IMG/VR virus record: IMGVR_UViG_3300049893_000724
Span: 96,001-160,000 of that record
Reading direction: 5' to 3' (one strand)
Length of the DNA stretch: 64,000 nt
Source: a virus
The position numbers and the translations under genes are program-made. How positions within the stretch are numbered: the stretch's first letter is position 1; each line of letters starts with the position of its first letter. This document shows, piece after piece, positions 19,201-28,833 of the stretch. Under the pieces are notes generated by a model. The model was not told the DNA's origin and made no database searches. It was given only the letters and a program-made list of their open reading frames with translations.

Positions 19201-20373
19201 TACAAGAACTTCTGGTTCAATCTTTGAATAAGTCTCTTTGATATAATCAATTTTCTTTTCAAGACGATTTAAATTTTCTTGAAGATTTCCTACGGGAAGT
19301 TTTTCAATTTCACTAAAAACTTCTTCCTTAAGAACTTCAATGTCTTGATGGTGATTTTGAATATATCTTTCAACAACTTCTAAATCTTTTTTAGTCTCGC
19401 TAGATTGATTTGCAACATCTTCATATTGAGACTTTAATTCACCAATATTAGTTTGAACTTCTTTAATACTTTCATTGAGAGAAGGAATTGTATTAAGTTT
19501 TTCGGAAAACTCTTGGATTAATTTCTCAGTATCTTTATTGTGCTTTTCAAAAACTACAACATCTGCCTTAATATCTAATATTTCTGAGGAAATATGATCT
19601 TTAAAACTACCAATATCTTCATTGAAATTATCAAGTTTGCCATCTAAACTTAAAGAAATAACACCAAACTTATCTTCAATAGTCTGAAGATTGGATGTAT
19701 TATCCTCTTGAATAGAATTCTCTAGATTTAAAAATGCTTCGTAAAGAGACTGAATAACTTTTGAGTATTCTTCTAATTGTTCGTTCTCTTTTGATATTCT
19801 ACTTTCAACAATTTTTGAAAGTTTATTATAAGTATTGACTGTATCTTTTACTTCTGTTGAGGTTTCTTTAAGTCTTTGATCAAAAAATTCTAAATTCTCA
19901 TCAATTGCAAAAGCAATATTTTCAATTTTAGAATCAATATCCTCTCTGATCTCTACAATATTCTCTGATACAACTTCTTTGAGTTGATCAAACTTGTCGC
20001 CAATACGCAGTTCATTATTAGTAATTTGTTTTTTATATTTTGGAAATTCATTTTCAACTAAATTTCCAATAATATTCGTGAGTTCTGTTACTTTATCTTT
20101 GAATTCACGAATATCTTTTTTATTTGATTGCTTAAATTCTTTTTGCAGGTAATCAAAATTTTCCTGCATTGTGTTGATTTGAGAAAGTACTAAACTTTCC
20201 AAATCATTCTTAACTACTTTTTGAGAAAGTTCCTGTTGTAGTTGAACAACTTGTTCAGATAAACTTTCTACCTTAGATAATTCATCACGCAGAGAGTTAT
20301 CAGATTCAACAACGGGGAGGTTGCTGTCCTCTTCTTTTTTACCAAAAAAATCTGATGGTTTCTTGAGTGCCAC
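16264..20373 (-). CDS. Large coiled-coil/fibre-like structural protein (1369 aa)
   Basis: About 430 aa acidic heptad-rich N-terminus, GGGG hinge, then G/T/S/N-rich fibre-like repeats; ATAAATA at 20402-20408. Confidence 0.7.
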   Translation of the reverse strand: MALKKPSDFFGKKEEDSNLPVVESDNSLRDELSKVESLSEQVVQLQQELSQKVVKNDLESLVLSQINTMQENFDYLQKEFKQSNKKDIREFKDKVTELTNIIGNLVENEFPKYKKQITNNELRIGDKFDQLKEVVSENIVEIREDIDSKIENIAFAIDENLEFFDQRLKETSTEVKDTVNTYNKLSKIVESRISKENEQLEEYSKVIQSLYEAFLNLENSIQEDNTSNLQTIEDKFGVISLSLDGKLDNFNEDIGSFKDHISSEILDIKADVVVFEKHNKDTEKLIQEFSEKLNTIPSLNESIKEVQTNIGELKSQYEDVANQSSETKKDLEVVERYIQNHHQDIEVLKEEVFSEIEKLPVGNLQENLNRLEKKIDYIKETYSKIEPEVLVREVIKEGLLNIPPDEKSSDPLTPLNQNFVTLDQLQEHYRLFINRIQQQLATLGGGGETRLRFLDDVIGVATNPGAYDGKYLQWNSTTNTAEFTNVTGAGVQVNSDWNATVGVSSILNKPTIVNQIIAGTGITISPSNGIGTVTISATGIGTTNIGYYGSFYDTTTQATGIASTSVVKLNSTAASNGFNIQNGSKIVAEYAGVYNTQFSLQLDKASGATGNIWIWLSKNGVDLPDTNTTIAVQGTNAENVAAWNFIIDMIAGDYIEYKWMSDDANMQLLSSGGVITSVGNPPISVNIPAIPSAIVTIQQIAGVVAGTGSTTQTLDQTLGYGNTSSRGFSVGVASVTTLSGVGNTFIGLSTSIVPTIPSRISLGTSAFPFKDIVISAGTLTIADTDPLTDGVAISNTNQYLQLSRGGFKILSGIGTLFQIDPFTALVTSAAPTIITNTDNTSGVGSGALQVAGGGYIAKDLRVGGGFIGSDGASFTGIVTANSFSGSGSNLTGIVTYITAGSGISVNQNTGNVTITATGAGTQNLNTTLGYGNTSSIGMSVGVSTFTDAAGRTVVVGGPNTALVVNDNVRVTGVSTFGTTNTVVVGGPNTALVVNDAAHITTVLTAARTIVTANNAAQTPSLSVTGTVYSNPNKNGLFSVGQLGFNDTDLVANFDHNVNGYAQIIFQNKNSGTQASTDFIVANDSGGANSYYGDFGINASGFVGSSVWDDPNGTYLYASAGSLSLGTDDAKDVRIATGSASNSPVTRITVRGTTGNVGIGTTLPAYGLDVHTSVHFHDGLYDSTHTIGSPNSVLSNTGVSSGAKWITNPTFTALNITGVTTVTSDLRVNGGTLTVDATNNRVGIATTNPTETLSVLGKVQVHQDSSSNNRVILRGQPSSSYRWNIDNYSSSNTFRIFREDDATAASGYVGVQIDPTGGTIISGITTVGLANTSTPPSNSQMSFELTSNTNLRIKVRGTDGILRSANITLA

Positions 20374-20429
20374 TTATATCTTTCAAAAATTTCTATAACA
20401 ATATTTATTTTACCAACAAATACGATATA

Positions 20430-20594
20430 TCAACTATCTTCAGTTCCTAAACTTCCAGCAAAAACTGATGAGGCTACTTCTGGACGTGCCATATCAATTT
20501 TTTCTGCAGATTTTGCAAAAAGAAGTTCCTTAATTTTATCGCTGATCTGAGAAGGAGATTCGTCAGATGCAATCATATCTAAAAGGTCATCCAT
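20430..20594 (-). CDS. Small acidic prohead core protein (gp67-like position), 54 aa; not in ORF track
   Basis: Read by hand: MDDLLDMIASDESPSQISDKIKELLFAKSAEKIDMARPEVASSVFAGSLGTEDS; directly after the portal gene, with TATAAATA at 20620-20627. Confidence 0.7.
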   Translation of the reverse strand: MDDLLDMIASDESPSQISDKIKELLFAKSAEKIDMARPEVASSVFAGSLGTEDS

Positions 20595-20622
20595 TTTTAA
20601 TACCTAAGTAATTTTTCTCTAT

Positions 20623-22317
20623 TTATATCTCACCACCCTTAGGCATTTCTACTGCTTTACCATCAGCCTCAGTAGCAGCGCCTTGAGCATCGAGATTTGG
20701 TTCCATTACTGGTTGACCTAAATCCATTCCTGCTGGTTGTTGACCTGGTTCTAATGGCATACCTGTCATTGGATCAACTGGTGCATTTGGATCAGGAATA
20801 ACACCGTCTTTAATTTCTTTTTTGATAATCTTATCTTGCTCTAAGATTTCCTCATCAGTTTGACGAAGAATCTTTCTTCTTACATAATCTTGAGAGAAGT
20901 ATTTGCCAACATATGGTTCTGCAACCTGAACCATATTTAATCTTTCATTTAGCAGTTCTGCATCTTTAAGTTCTGCAAAATGATTATCATATAAGAAATC
21001 ATATTGGATATGTTCATCCATTTTCTGCCAGTCTTCTGGAGTAATGATATTCTTGAGGATGAGTTGAGTCTTCAGCATATCATTGAACATATAAGAAAAT
21101 CTCTTTCTTAAACGTGCAACAAACTTACTAAACTTAACTTCATCACGAAGAATTTCTGATGAACGTCCAAGATTAAATCCACCCTCTCCATCCATTCTTG
21201 AGGGTGGGACATTTAGTGAACGATATAGTTTTTTCTTGAAGTATTCAATGTCAGTAATTTCTCCAAGGTTTTGTCCACCTGGAAGTGTAGAGATTTCAGT
21301 GCCTCTGCCACCTTCACGACGAGGAAGCCAGAAATCTTCAAGCATTGCCATAAACTTCTTATCATCACGGATTTCTCCGGTGTTTGCATCATAGACCATT
21401 TTATTTCTATAACGCATCATTACATCACGGAGATATTGCTCCGCCTTTACCTTTGGTAGATTGCCAACATCAATGTAGAAAATTCTACGTTCTGGTGCGC
21501 GTGATAGTCTATAGATAACAAGACTGTCTTCAATCATGCGAAGTTGATTGAGAGACTTGATTGCTTTATGGAGATATGAGAGAGTTGATCCTTTATTTCT
21601 ATCTACCAATCCAGATGTGCAATATGTGATCGAATCTCTTGAAAACTTGATGCCACCTGTACCACCAAGAGATGATGGGTTTGTGGTTGGATAAGTCATC
21701 TTTGGATTATAGATGAAATATTCCTCGATTTCGGGGAATTCATAATCCATTGGATCATCAACATTAACACCAGCAAGTCTGTAAATCTTTTTATCTCTTT
21801 CAGATTTTTTCTGCTGACGAACATAACGCATTTTCATTGCGTCAATGTATCTCAGTTCTTGAATACCTTCGTGAGGATTTTTTAAATCAATGACTTTGTG
21901 ATAATAAAGTCTTCCATCAACATACCAATTTCTATAGATTTCGTGAGACTTTCTATCAAAATCTAGCAGTTCTAAAATATGCTTAAATTCTTCTCTAATT
22001 TTCTTCTTAATACCATCACTGGCATTGAGGTTTGATAATTCGATTGAAACTGGGCTATCGTTTGTGTCGCTTACGATTGCTTCGTTTACAATATCTTCAA
22101 TGGCACTATCACACTCTGGGTGAAGGGCCATTTCACGATATCTTTTGATTAAATCAAATTCTGTTCTATATACGCCTTCAATATCTACATACGAACCAAA
22201 AAATCCACTAGTTAGATAAAAATCACTCCCGTCCTCGTTATTAGGAGCAACGGGAGATAAAACACTTGGAGATGTTGGTTCGTTATCCTCAATAGAGAAT
22301 CCAAACAATTTTGACAT
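20623..22317 (-). CDS. gp20: Portal protein (gp20)
   Basis: YLHKAIK.LNQLRMIEDSLVIYRLSRAPERRIFYIDVGNLPK, EDFWLPRREGGRGTEI. Confidence 0.98.
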   Translation of the reverse strand: MSKLFGFSIEDNEPTSPSVLSPVAPNNEDGSDFYLTSGFFGSYVDIEGVYRTEFDLIKRYREMALHPECDSAIEDIVNEAIVSDTNDSPVSIELSNLNASDGIKKKIREEFKHILELLDFDRKSHEIYRNWYVDGRLYYHKVIDLKNPHEGIQELRYIDAMKMRYVRQQKKSERDKKIYRLAGVNVDDPMDYEFPEIEEYFIYNPKMTYPTTNPSSLGGTGGIKFSRDSITYCTSGLVDRNKGSTLSYLHKAIKSLNQLRMIEDSLVIYRLSRAPERRIFYIDVGNLPKVKAEQYLRDVMMRYRNKMVYDANTGEIRDDKKFMAMLEDFWLPRREGGRGTEISTLPGGQNLGEITDIEYFKKKLYRSLNVPPSRMDGEGGFNLGRSSEILRDEVKFSKFVARLRKRFSYMFNDMLKTQLILKNIITPEDWQKMDEHIQYDFLYDNHFAELKDAELLNERLNMVQVAEPYVGKYFSQDYVRRKILRQTDEEILEQDKIIKKEIKDGVIPDPNAPVDPMTGMPLEPGQQPAGMDLGQPVMEPNLDAQGAATEADGKAVEMPKGGEI

Positions 22318-22359
22318 AATTTATTTTTTTAACTCTTAGTCTTGAGACTATTTATTAGA

Positions 22360-22929
22360 TCAACTTTCGCCTGTATATGGAGTCCAGTATTGAACCTGGA
22401 ATTCTACGGTGAATTCTTCAATAGTGTCGGCGGTATCATATGAAAGATCAATTGCAGAAATATTAGTTGGGAAGATGCTATAAAATTTGTATTGTTTAGC
22501 AACTTGAAGTCCCTGTCCAACCGCATTATTTCCGCCAGTGGTGCTTGGAAGTCTCTTTAATTGCTTAACGAGAACATCTACCATGTAATCATTTGGATTG
22601 GTTGCACCGCTACCGTCAGCATATTGCCCAACATATTGCATCCATGCTTCCATTGCAGTTCTAATTTTGAAATCTTCATCGTTGATAACGGTGATAGTCC
22701 AAGTATCAAATGTTCTGTCACCTGCTACCTTGAAGATTCTTCCTCTAAAAGGAACATCGATTGATGCAATATTTGAGGCTGGTAAGTTAGCTGCTTTGCA
22801 TAATACAGAGAATTCATTAGCATCAAATTCCGCTCCTCCTGGAAAGTTGGTTAAAACAACTTCAAATAAATTAGGACGAGCGCCACCACCCTTGAGTACT
22901 GTTTTAAAATCCTGAATACTGTGTGCCAT
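22360..22929 (-). CDS. gp19: Tail tube protein (gp19)
   Basis: GGARPNLFEV, PFRGR...VAGDRTFD.WT.T..ND, IEEFTVEF..QYW. Confidence 0.95.
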   Translation of the reverse strand: MAHSIQDFKTVLKGGGARPNLFEVVLTNFPGGAEFDANEFSVLCKAANLPASNIASIDVPFRGRIFKVAGDRTFDTWTITVINDEDFKIRTAMEAWMQYVGQYADGSGATNPNDYMVDVLVKQLKRLPSTTGGNNAVGQGLQVAKQYKFYSIFPTNISAIDLSYDTADTIEEFTVEFQVQYWTPYTGES

Positions 22930-22962
22930 TTTTAGGTCCTCCTTGTTGTTTTGTAATTAAAA

Positions 22963-25164
22963 TCAAACTGTACCAGCCACTTCTTCAAATGCTACTCCAG
23001 TACGTGTAGCAACGAAGGTTAGGGTTATGTAGTTGATAGACTTGGCAGGCTTCAGGTAAATGTCTGCTCTAAATTCATTATTGTCAATCACATCAGGAGT
23101 GTTATTTGACGTATCGCATACAACCAAGAATCCATACAGTCCTCTCTTTGCCTGAACATCGCGGAGATATGGTTCAACAATATTTTTAAAGTTTGCTCTT
23201 GTCAGTTCATCGTTGAGTTCAAAGAGTTGCGCCTGAGCGGCTTTTTGAAGTGCTTGCTCAATTGTGAGGAACAAGCGACGAACGTTAATTCTATCAAAGG
23301 AAGATGCATAGGCAAGAGCAGTTTTGTCGCCAAACAGAAGAGTTCCGACCCCAGGTTGAGTAACGATTGAGTTAATTCTCAGAGGATAAAGTTGATCTCT
23401 CTGTGCCTTAGATGGGTTATATGCAAGTTTAATTGCATTGTTCAGAATTCCTCTCTGCTGACCTGCAGGGGAGAACCAAGGATATGAAACAATGTTTGTG
23501 CGACACATCAGACCAGCAACGTCAGCATTGCAAGGAATGTAAACAAACTTATTATTAAATCTATCGTAAGTGTACTTATACCCACTATCAAATACAGTGT
23601 ATGATGAAGATGATAGTGAACTGAAGTAACTGATTAGATTATTTGTTTGAGTTGTGGTGTTAGTGATTCCAACAAGATCTGCTCTATGAGGACCAACAAC
23701 TGCCATACAATCCTTTCTTCCTTCTGCAAGAGAGATAAGATATTGCGCTTTTGCCTGGGAGTCTGATTTTGAAGTAAGACCAGGACCCATGATCAAATAA
23801 TCAACTTGAACATTATCTTTATTGGAGAAAAGATTATATGAGTTTTGTAAATCTCCAAGAGTTGTTGCAGATCCACCTGAAGCAGAATAATTAACACCGC
23901 CACCCAAACTATAAGTTTTATTTCCAATTGCGCTGAAAGTTACTCCTTGAGCATTTTGACCCCAGAGACCTTGTGCAGTAGTGTATGGTGTAAATGATGT
24001 TGAGAATGCAACTGCTCTTGGGGCAGTACCCCAATAAGAGTCCGCAGCACTTGATGGATTATATCCAGCCCAAATTTGAGATGAAAAATCTGCAATGTAC
24101 TGCTTATACCAAATTTTTTGTGGGGAATTGACTGCGGAAACCGCATCAGCTGCTTTTGAAAGACCTAGATGCTTCTCAATCAAAGTTCCTTGAACACCTG
24201 TGATTGATCCTAGATCGTCAACTACAACAACGTGTATTCCATCACCTTCACCTGCTCTATCAGCAACATACTGATTAGTTGTTGGTTTTGGTGCGATTGA
24301 TTTCCAATAAATTGTGCTGTTTGTGAGACCTAAAGTTTGTTGGTCATACCAATCAACGACTGTTGCGGGAGTTACACCTGCCAATCCTTGGGTAGAACCA
24401 GTAGCAATACCGGAATTGTTTATAAACTTAATTGTATTGGAAGTTGAGAAAGATGCATAACTTGCCGATTGGGCATAGTTGATTAAACTTTCTGTTCCTG
24501 CAGAGGAAACTCTTGAAACAACATGAACATCAATTGTGCTATTTCCGTTTGTGGAATCGGTAGTAACACCAGTGATAATTCCTTTGAGATAACCACTAAA
24601 CAAAGAAGTTGTTCCTGCGCCAGGAAGAACAACGTTAGTGAGTGCAGCAGTAATACCATACCCAACCACAGCACCTAAAGTTGCTAAATTGGTTGTTGTA
24701 ATTCCGATGGTTTGATCTGCAAAATCGTCAATAAAACAAACTTTTAATCCATTTGCCCAAGTGCCTGGATTCTTTGCCGCATAGGTAAAGTTTGTTGCCT
24801 CAGACCAATTGCCCGTATAGTCATCATAATTTTTAATTTTTGAATTGGTTGTGGAAGCGATTCCAACCCCAGCATTCGCATTATTGAGGCTTGAACCATC
24901 AGTTCTAACAACCTTTAAAACTCCGCCATATGAGAGATATGATGAAGCACTCATCCAGTACTCATATTGAGCGTCTGTTGAAATAGGCTTACCGAATACA
25001 TTGATTAAATCTTGTTCGGTTGCAATATCAATAGGGTAATCGACAGGTCCAATAGGAAAAGGTCCTGCAATCGCACCAATATTATCTAATACATTATCAG
25101 CTCTTCCTACCGTTAGATCAACCTCCCTGACTAGTACCCCAGGAGATAATTGAGGAGTCGCCAT
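22963..25164 (-). CDS. gp18: Tail sheath protein (gp18)
   Basis: LSPGVLVREVDLT, PWFSPAG, FDRINVRRLF, KPAKSIN.ITLTF.A. Confidence 0.97.
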   Translation of the reverse strand: MATPQLSPGVLVREVDLTVGRADNVLDNIGAIAGPFPIGPVDYPIDIATEQDLINVFGKPISTDAQYEYWMSASSYLSYGGVLKVVRTDGSSLNNANAGVGIASTTNSKIKNYDDYTGNWSEATNFTYAAKNPGTWANGLKVCFIDDFADQTIGITTTNLATLGAVVGYGITAALTNVVLPGAGTTSLFSGYLKGIITGVTTDSTNGNSTIDVHVVSRVSSAGTESLINYAQSASYASFSTSNTIKFINNSGIATGSTQGLAGVTPATVVDWYDQQTLGLTNSTIYWKSIAPKPTTNQYVADRAGEGDGIHVVVVDDLGSITGVQGTLIEKHLGLSKAADAVSAVNSPQKIWYKQYIADFSSQIWAGYNPSSAADSYWGTAPRAVAFSTSFTPYTTAQGLWGQNAQGVTFSAIGNKTYSLGGGVNYSASGGSATTLGDLQNSYNLFSNKDNVQVDYLIMGPGLTSKSDSQAKAQYLISLAEGRKDCMAVVGPHRADLVGITNTTTQTNNLISYFSSLSSSSYTVFDSGYKYTYDRFNNKFVYIPCNADVAGLMCRTNIVSYPWFSPAGQQRGILNNAIKLAYNPSKAQRDQLYPLRINSIVTQPGVGTLLFGDKTALAYASSFDRINVRRLFLTIEQALQKAAQAQLFELNDELTRANFKNIVEPYLRDVQAKRGLYGFLVVCDTSNNTPDVIDNNEFRADIYLKPAKSINYITLTFVATRTGVAFEEVAGTV

Positions 25165-25246
25165 TTTTTTCTCCGTAAAATCTCAGTTTATCTAAAAAAT
25201 ATTTATTAAAAACTCACTTTTCACGGGGGAAACGTGACGTGAATAT

Positions 25247-25477
25247 CTACCAATCAGGATATTCCCACTTATCAAGAACTGATGTCACTATTCTACTAGA
25301 AACAATTCTTTTTATTGTACACTCTTTACATTCATAAGAATATGAAGATGCTACAGGGCCCCTATCTTTACGAGTTTGGTAAAAACCATCTATCAAATTT
25401 TTCATTTCTCCACACACTCTACACTTTCTATCCACAAGAAGCAAATGACCCAATCGTATTTGAGCATCAAGTTCCAT
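25247..25477 (-). CDS. Small Cys4 zinc-finger protein
   Basis: CRVC...(FY)...CKEC; ATG at 25477 coupled to the gp17 stop. Confidence 0.65.
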   Translation of the reverse strand: MELDAQIRLGHLLLVDRKCRVCGEMKNLIDGFYQTRKDRGPVASSYSYECKECTIKRIVSSRIVTSVLDKWEYPDW

Positions 25478-27123
25478 TAAGAAAGGTACTCCCACATATA
25501 CGCACGATCACCATATTCATCAACGTGCCATCTATCACCATCAGCATCTACAAAACTTGTGTCATCGAGACCATCCAAAATGAATCCAAAAGGTGACATA
25601 TCTTGCTCAATTTGATTTTTTTGTTCTTCATATAATCTTTTTCTTACATCTTGGTCTGTGAGTTCTTTGAAGTAATCTTGTGCAACTAACCAAGCATAAA
25701 TTACAAGACACATTGCAAGGTCGTCATTACATCCTTCTTCTGCTTCAAATGAATTATGCTTTTGGATGAATGTTGTAAGTTCACTGATAATTTCATAGTC
25801 ATTTATTAGTAACTTACTTTCCTCAATCATAGTCTTTAGATTAAGACATCCAACTTTCTTAACTGTTTTGGACATCTTTACTCCAAGTTGAGTTTTCTTT
25901 CCAGAAAAACCTTGACCAACGATTTGACCTGCTCTGCCTCTCATTGAGCACATTAAAAGATTGTTATATTCCAAATCGTATTGGAGAATACTTGCTACCT
26001 GATCTCCAACGTCATTTACCTCACATAAAATATAAGCACTATTATATGCAGATGCTGTTTCGTGAATTATACTTGGAAATAGCATCGGTTTTATTTCATT
26101 GTTTCTATACTTGGCAACAACTTTATGTGGGAACTGGGTGATATCTACCACAGCAAACGCAGAATAATCATTACCAACCCCTCTAGCAACGTCTACAGTG
26201 ATGAGGTAATCATGATTCTCTACAGGGTCCTCATAAACATCTAAACCAGCACTGCGGGTCTTGGGAGCGTCGTATACGAGGGTTCTGAGTTTGCTTGGTG
26301 CAATGAGAGTATCAACAGAACCTAAGAATTCGCATTCAAATTCTACCTTGAACTGTTGTTCGGAAGTGTTTGCAATTGTTTGTTTTTTCCACTCTTCATC
26401 ACGCCCAGGAACTTCACTCCAATGAACGTCAGTAAAGACATATTCATTTTTACCTTTTTCAGCATCGTGCCACATACGGTAGAAATGATTCATACCGTGT
26501 GGCGTAGAAACTATGATGACTTTTGTTTGTTTACCAGAAGTAATAGTAGGATAAACAGATGCAAAGAACGAGTCTGCAATATGGTTTGGAACGAAAGCGA
26601 ATTCGTCGAGGAAGAGGATATTAAATGACATACCTCGGACAGCACTCGCAGATGTAGAAGCTGCCAATATCTTACTGCCATTTTCTAACTCCAATGAACC
26701 TTTGTTCCAAGCAATAATACCTTGCTGCATCCACTTAGGAAGATTTTCATATGCAGTTTGCAATCTATCAAGAAGTTCTCTTGCGGTTGCCGCTTTGTTT
26801 GCAAGAATACCAATGTTTACATTATCATTAAAAACTGCATAATGCAATAAAAAAGAAACCACGGTTGTAGACTTACCTGTCTGCCTAGGCATCTTACAGA
26901 TATTAAATCTATGATTATGGAAATTATTAATTAACTTCTCTTGGAAATGATATGGTTTAAATGTTTGTAGTCCGTGATCTAGAGTAACAATTTTTACATA
27001 ATTATTTGCAAAATAAACGGGATTATCCTTACATTTCATAAACTCAAGAATTTGTTCTTGAGTAAATTCAATAGGAGTATTTGCTTTTTTTAAAAGCGGA
27101 TTACCGAGATAAACATCACTCAT
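25477..27123 (-). CDS. gp17: Terminase large subunit (gp17)
   Basis: YLGNPLLK, PRQTGKST, LFLDEFAF, VSTPHG, DVARGVG.DYSAF, DDLAMCL. Confidence 0.97.
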   Translation of the reverse strand: MSDVYLGNPLLKKANTPIEFTQEQILEFMKCKDNPVYFANNYVKIVTLDHGLQTFKPYHFQEKLINNFHNHRFNICKMPRQTGKSTTVVSFLLHYAVFNDNVNIGILANKAATARELLDRLQTAYENLPKWMQQGIIAWNKGSLELENGSKILAASTSASAVRGMSFNILFLDEFAFVPNHIADSFFASVYPTITSGKQTKVIIVSTPHGMNHFYRMWHDAEKGKNEYVFTDVHWSEVPGRDEEWKKQTIANTSEQQFKVEFECEFLGSVDTLIAPSKLRTLVYDAPKTRSAGLDVYEDPVENHDYLITVDVARGVGNDYSAFAVVDITQFPHKVVAKYRNNEIKPMLFPSIIHETASAYNSAYILCEVNDVGDQVASILQYDLEYNNLLMCSMRGRAGQIVGQGFSGKKTQLGVKMSKTVKKVGCLNLKTMIEESKLLINDYEIISELTTFIQKHNSFEAEEGCNDDLAMCLVIYAWLVAQDYFKELTDQDVRKRLYEEQKNQIEQDMSPFGFILDGLDDTSFVDADGDRWHVDEYGDRAYMWEYLS

Positions 27124-27138
27124 AACAAAACCTACTTA

Positions 27139-28833
27139 TTAATTACAGTTCCAACGACGAAGTGCTTTGTTTATATTGCTATCCGGGTCTCTTGCGGTTT
27201 TTGCTGAAGTCAATTTTGACTTCATCCCCTTCATTCTACGGCAAAAAGACTTACGACGTGCTGCTCTTTTACCTTCTGGATTTTTTTCAGTAACTGCAGT
27301 TTGGAGTTTTGAACCTGGATTCTCACGGCGATATGCTTTTACTGCAGCAGGACTTAATCCATCAGTTTTATCTTGACGATTTACTTTTTGCCAGTCTTCA
27401 TCAACTTCAACTTCTTCGCCCATAGGCTTTACGTAGTTTTTATTAAAACCCGGTTTTCCCGCACTACCGCCTTGATAACCAATTCTGATTAATGGTTGTC
27501 CTGGTTGAATTTCTGAAACTGAATGATAAATTACTTTTGCGCCTGGATAAACCTTTTCAATTTCACTAGAGATTTCACTTCTGGTCGGTAGTTTTGTTTG
27601 TGGGAAAAACATTTGTATGCCGTGATACTTCCCTCTCCAAGAAATAGTAATTGAAATTATATTTCCAGTCTCTGCTTGCAATCTAGTTGCTTCTTCAACC
27701 TGAGACTTAAATCCTTTAATTGGTTCTGGGTTAATTAAATCAACGACCTCAGCAAAGGTGTTTCCATTTGCATCTTCTATTGTTTGCTCAGGAACGCAGT
27801 TTGGAACCATTTTCTTTCCTTTCTTTTTCATGCCAACTTGCTTATAACCAGACCAACACGCTTCATCCATTTCCCCACTTGCAACATAATCTGCCGCAGT
27901 ATCAATATAATCTGCTGCTTTTGTAATTTTAGATTGTACCCATGCTTCTAAATCTCCTTCACCTTTACCTACTTTCATTTGAAGTCTTTTTACAGCATCA
28001 GCAATAGTTTTTAACTCAGATCTTGCCATTGAATATTCATGATCTTTAATGGAAACCTTATCCCATGCCTTTCCGCCATATGAACATTCAGATCTAGTTT
28101 CTCTCTTATCACACAATGGACAGTATCTTTGTTCTTCAACTGCTTCTGACTTAGTTCCCCAGTTATCCGCACCAACTTTGCGGCACTTGACTAATGCACC
28201 TGAAGCATATGCACTTGGCCAAACACTATAACGTGATTTTACTTTGTGGTAGCAAGCATCTTTTTTGCCGCTACCTTTACCTGGTTTATCTTTTGCTTCT
28301 TGTACATCCATTTCTTCTTTCATTTTCTTTCTAGGTGAATCTGTAGAAACATAGGTTGGTTTTGCGGCACCTGATTTTTGTTGCTGGCCAGGATCCGCTT
28401 CTTTTTTTCTTCTTGCTGCAGATAGTCTCTCTGCTTTAGTCATAGTCGCTCTTTTTGCAGAAGAAACACACTTAGGAACTCCTTCTCCAGGTTCATCACT
28501 TGCACATGTCCCACCAGTTACTACATTAACCCAACCAGACTTTCCATCTTTTGATTTAGACTTTCCAAACCAATCACGAAGTCCCTCTTCGGTAACATCT
28601 TTAAATTTTTTATGGTGCTTCTTAGCATCCGCTTCCATTTTTTTCAAACGAGTATAATAATCTGGTATTTCATCCAGATGTTGAAGAGCAATGTCCATTG
28701 CAAGTTCATGATCTTTAGTGTGTTCATGTTCAATAGGTTCACCCATATCAAGTTGCTTCTGAATGAAAGAAACATCAAGACGATGCTTTTTTGCAATCTG
28801 CTCAACTGTTTTATGTGGTTTAATTTTGGGCAT
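27139..28833 (-). CDS. Modular basic hypothetical protein, probable virion internal (poly)protein
   Basis: 564 aa of short K/R/C-rich modules separated by acidic xxE linkers; lies between gp16 and gp17. Confidence 0.7.
   Translation of the reverse strand: MPKIKPHKTVEQIAKKHRLDVSFIQKQLDMGEPIEHEHTKDHELAMDIALQHLDEIPDYYTRLKKMEADAKKHHKKFKDVTEEGLRDWFGKSKSKDGKSGWVNVVTGGTCASDEPGEGVPKCVSSAKRATMTKAERLSAARRKKEADPGQQQKSGAAKPTYVSTDSPRKKMKEEMDVQEAKDKPGKGSGKKDACYHKVKSRYSVWPSAYASGALVKCRKVGADNWGTKSEAVEEQRYCPLCDKRETRSECSYGGKAWDKVSIKDHEYSMARSELKTIADAVKRLQMKVGKGEGDLEAWVQSKITKAADYIDTAADYVASGEMDEACWSGYKQVGMKKKGKKMVPNCVPEQTIEDANGNTFAEVVDLINPEPIKGFKSQVEEATRLQAETGNIISITISWRGKYHGIQMFFPQTKLPTRSEISSEIEKVYPGAKVIYHSVSEIQPGQPLIRIGYQGGSAGKPGFNKNYVKPMGEEVEVDEDWQKVNRQDKTDGLSPAAVKAYRRENPGSKLQTAVTEKNPEGKRAARRKSFCRRMKGMKSKLTSAKTARDPDSNINKALRRWNCN

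Noticed and set aside
5734-27123. Inteins, introns or homing endonucleases in gp46, uvsW, gp23, gp20, gp18 or gp17
   Set aside because: Lengths and motif continuity fit uninterrupted orthologues; no C/S...HN intein ends or frame breaks seen.
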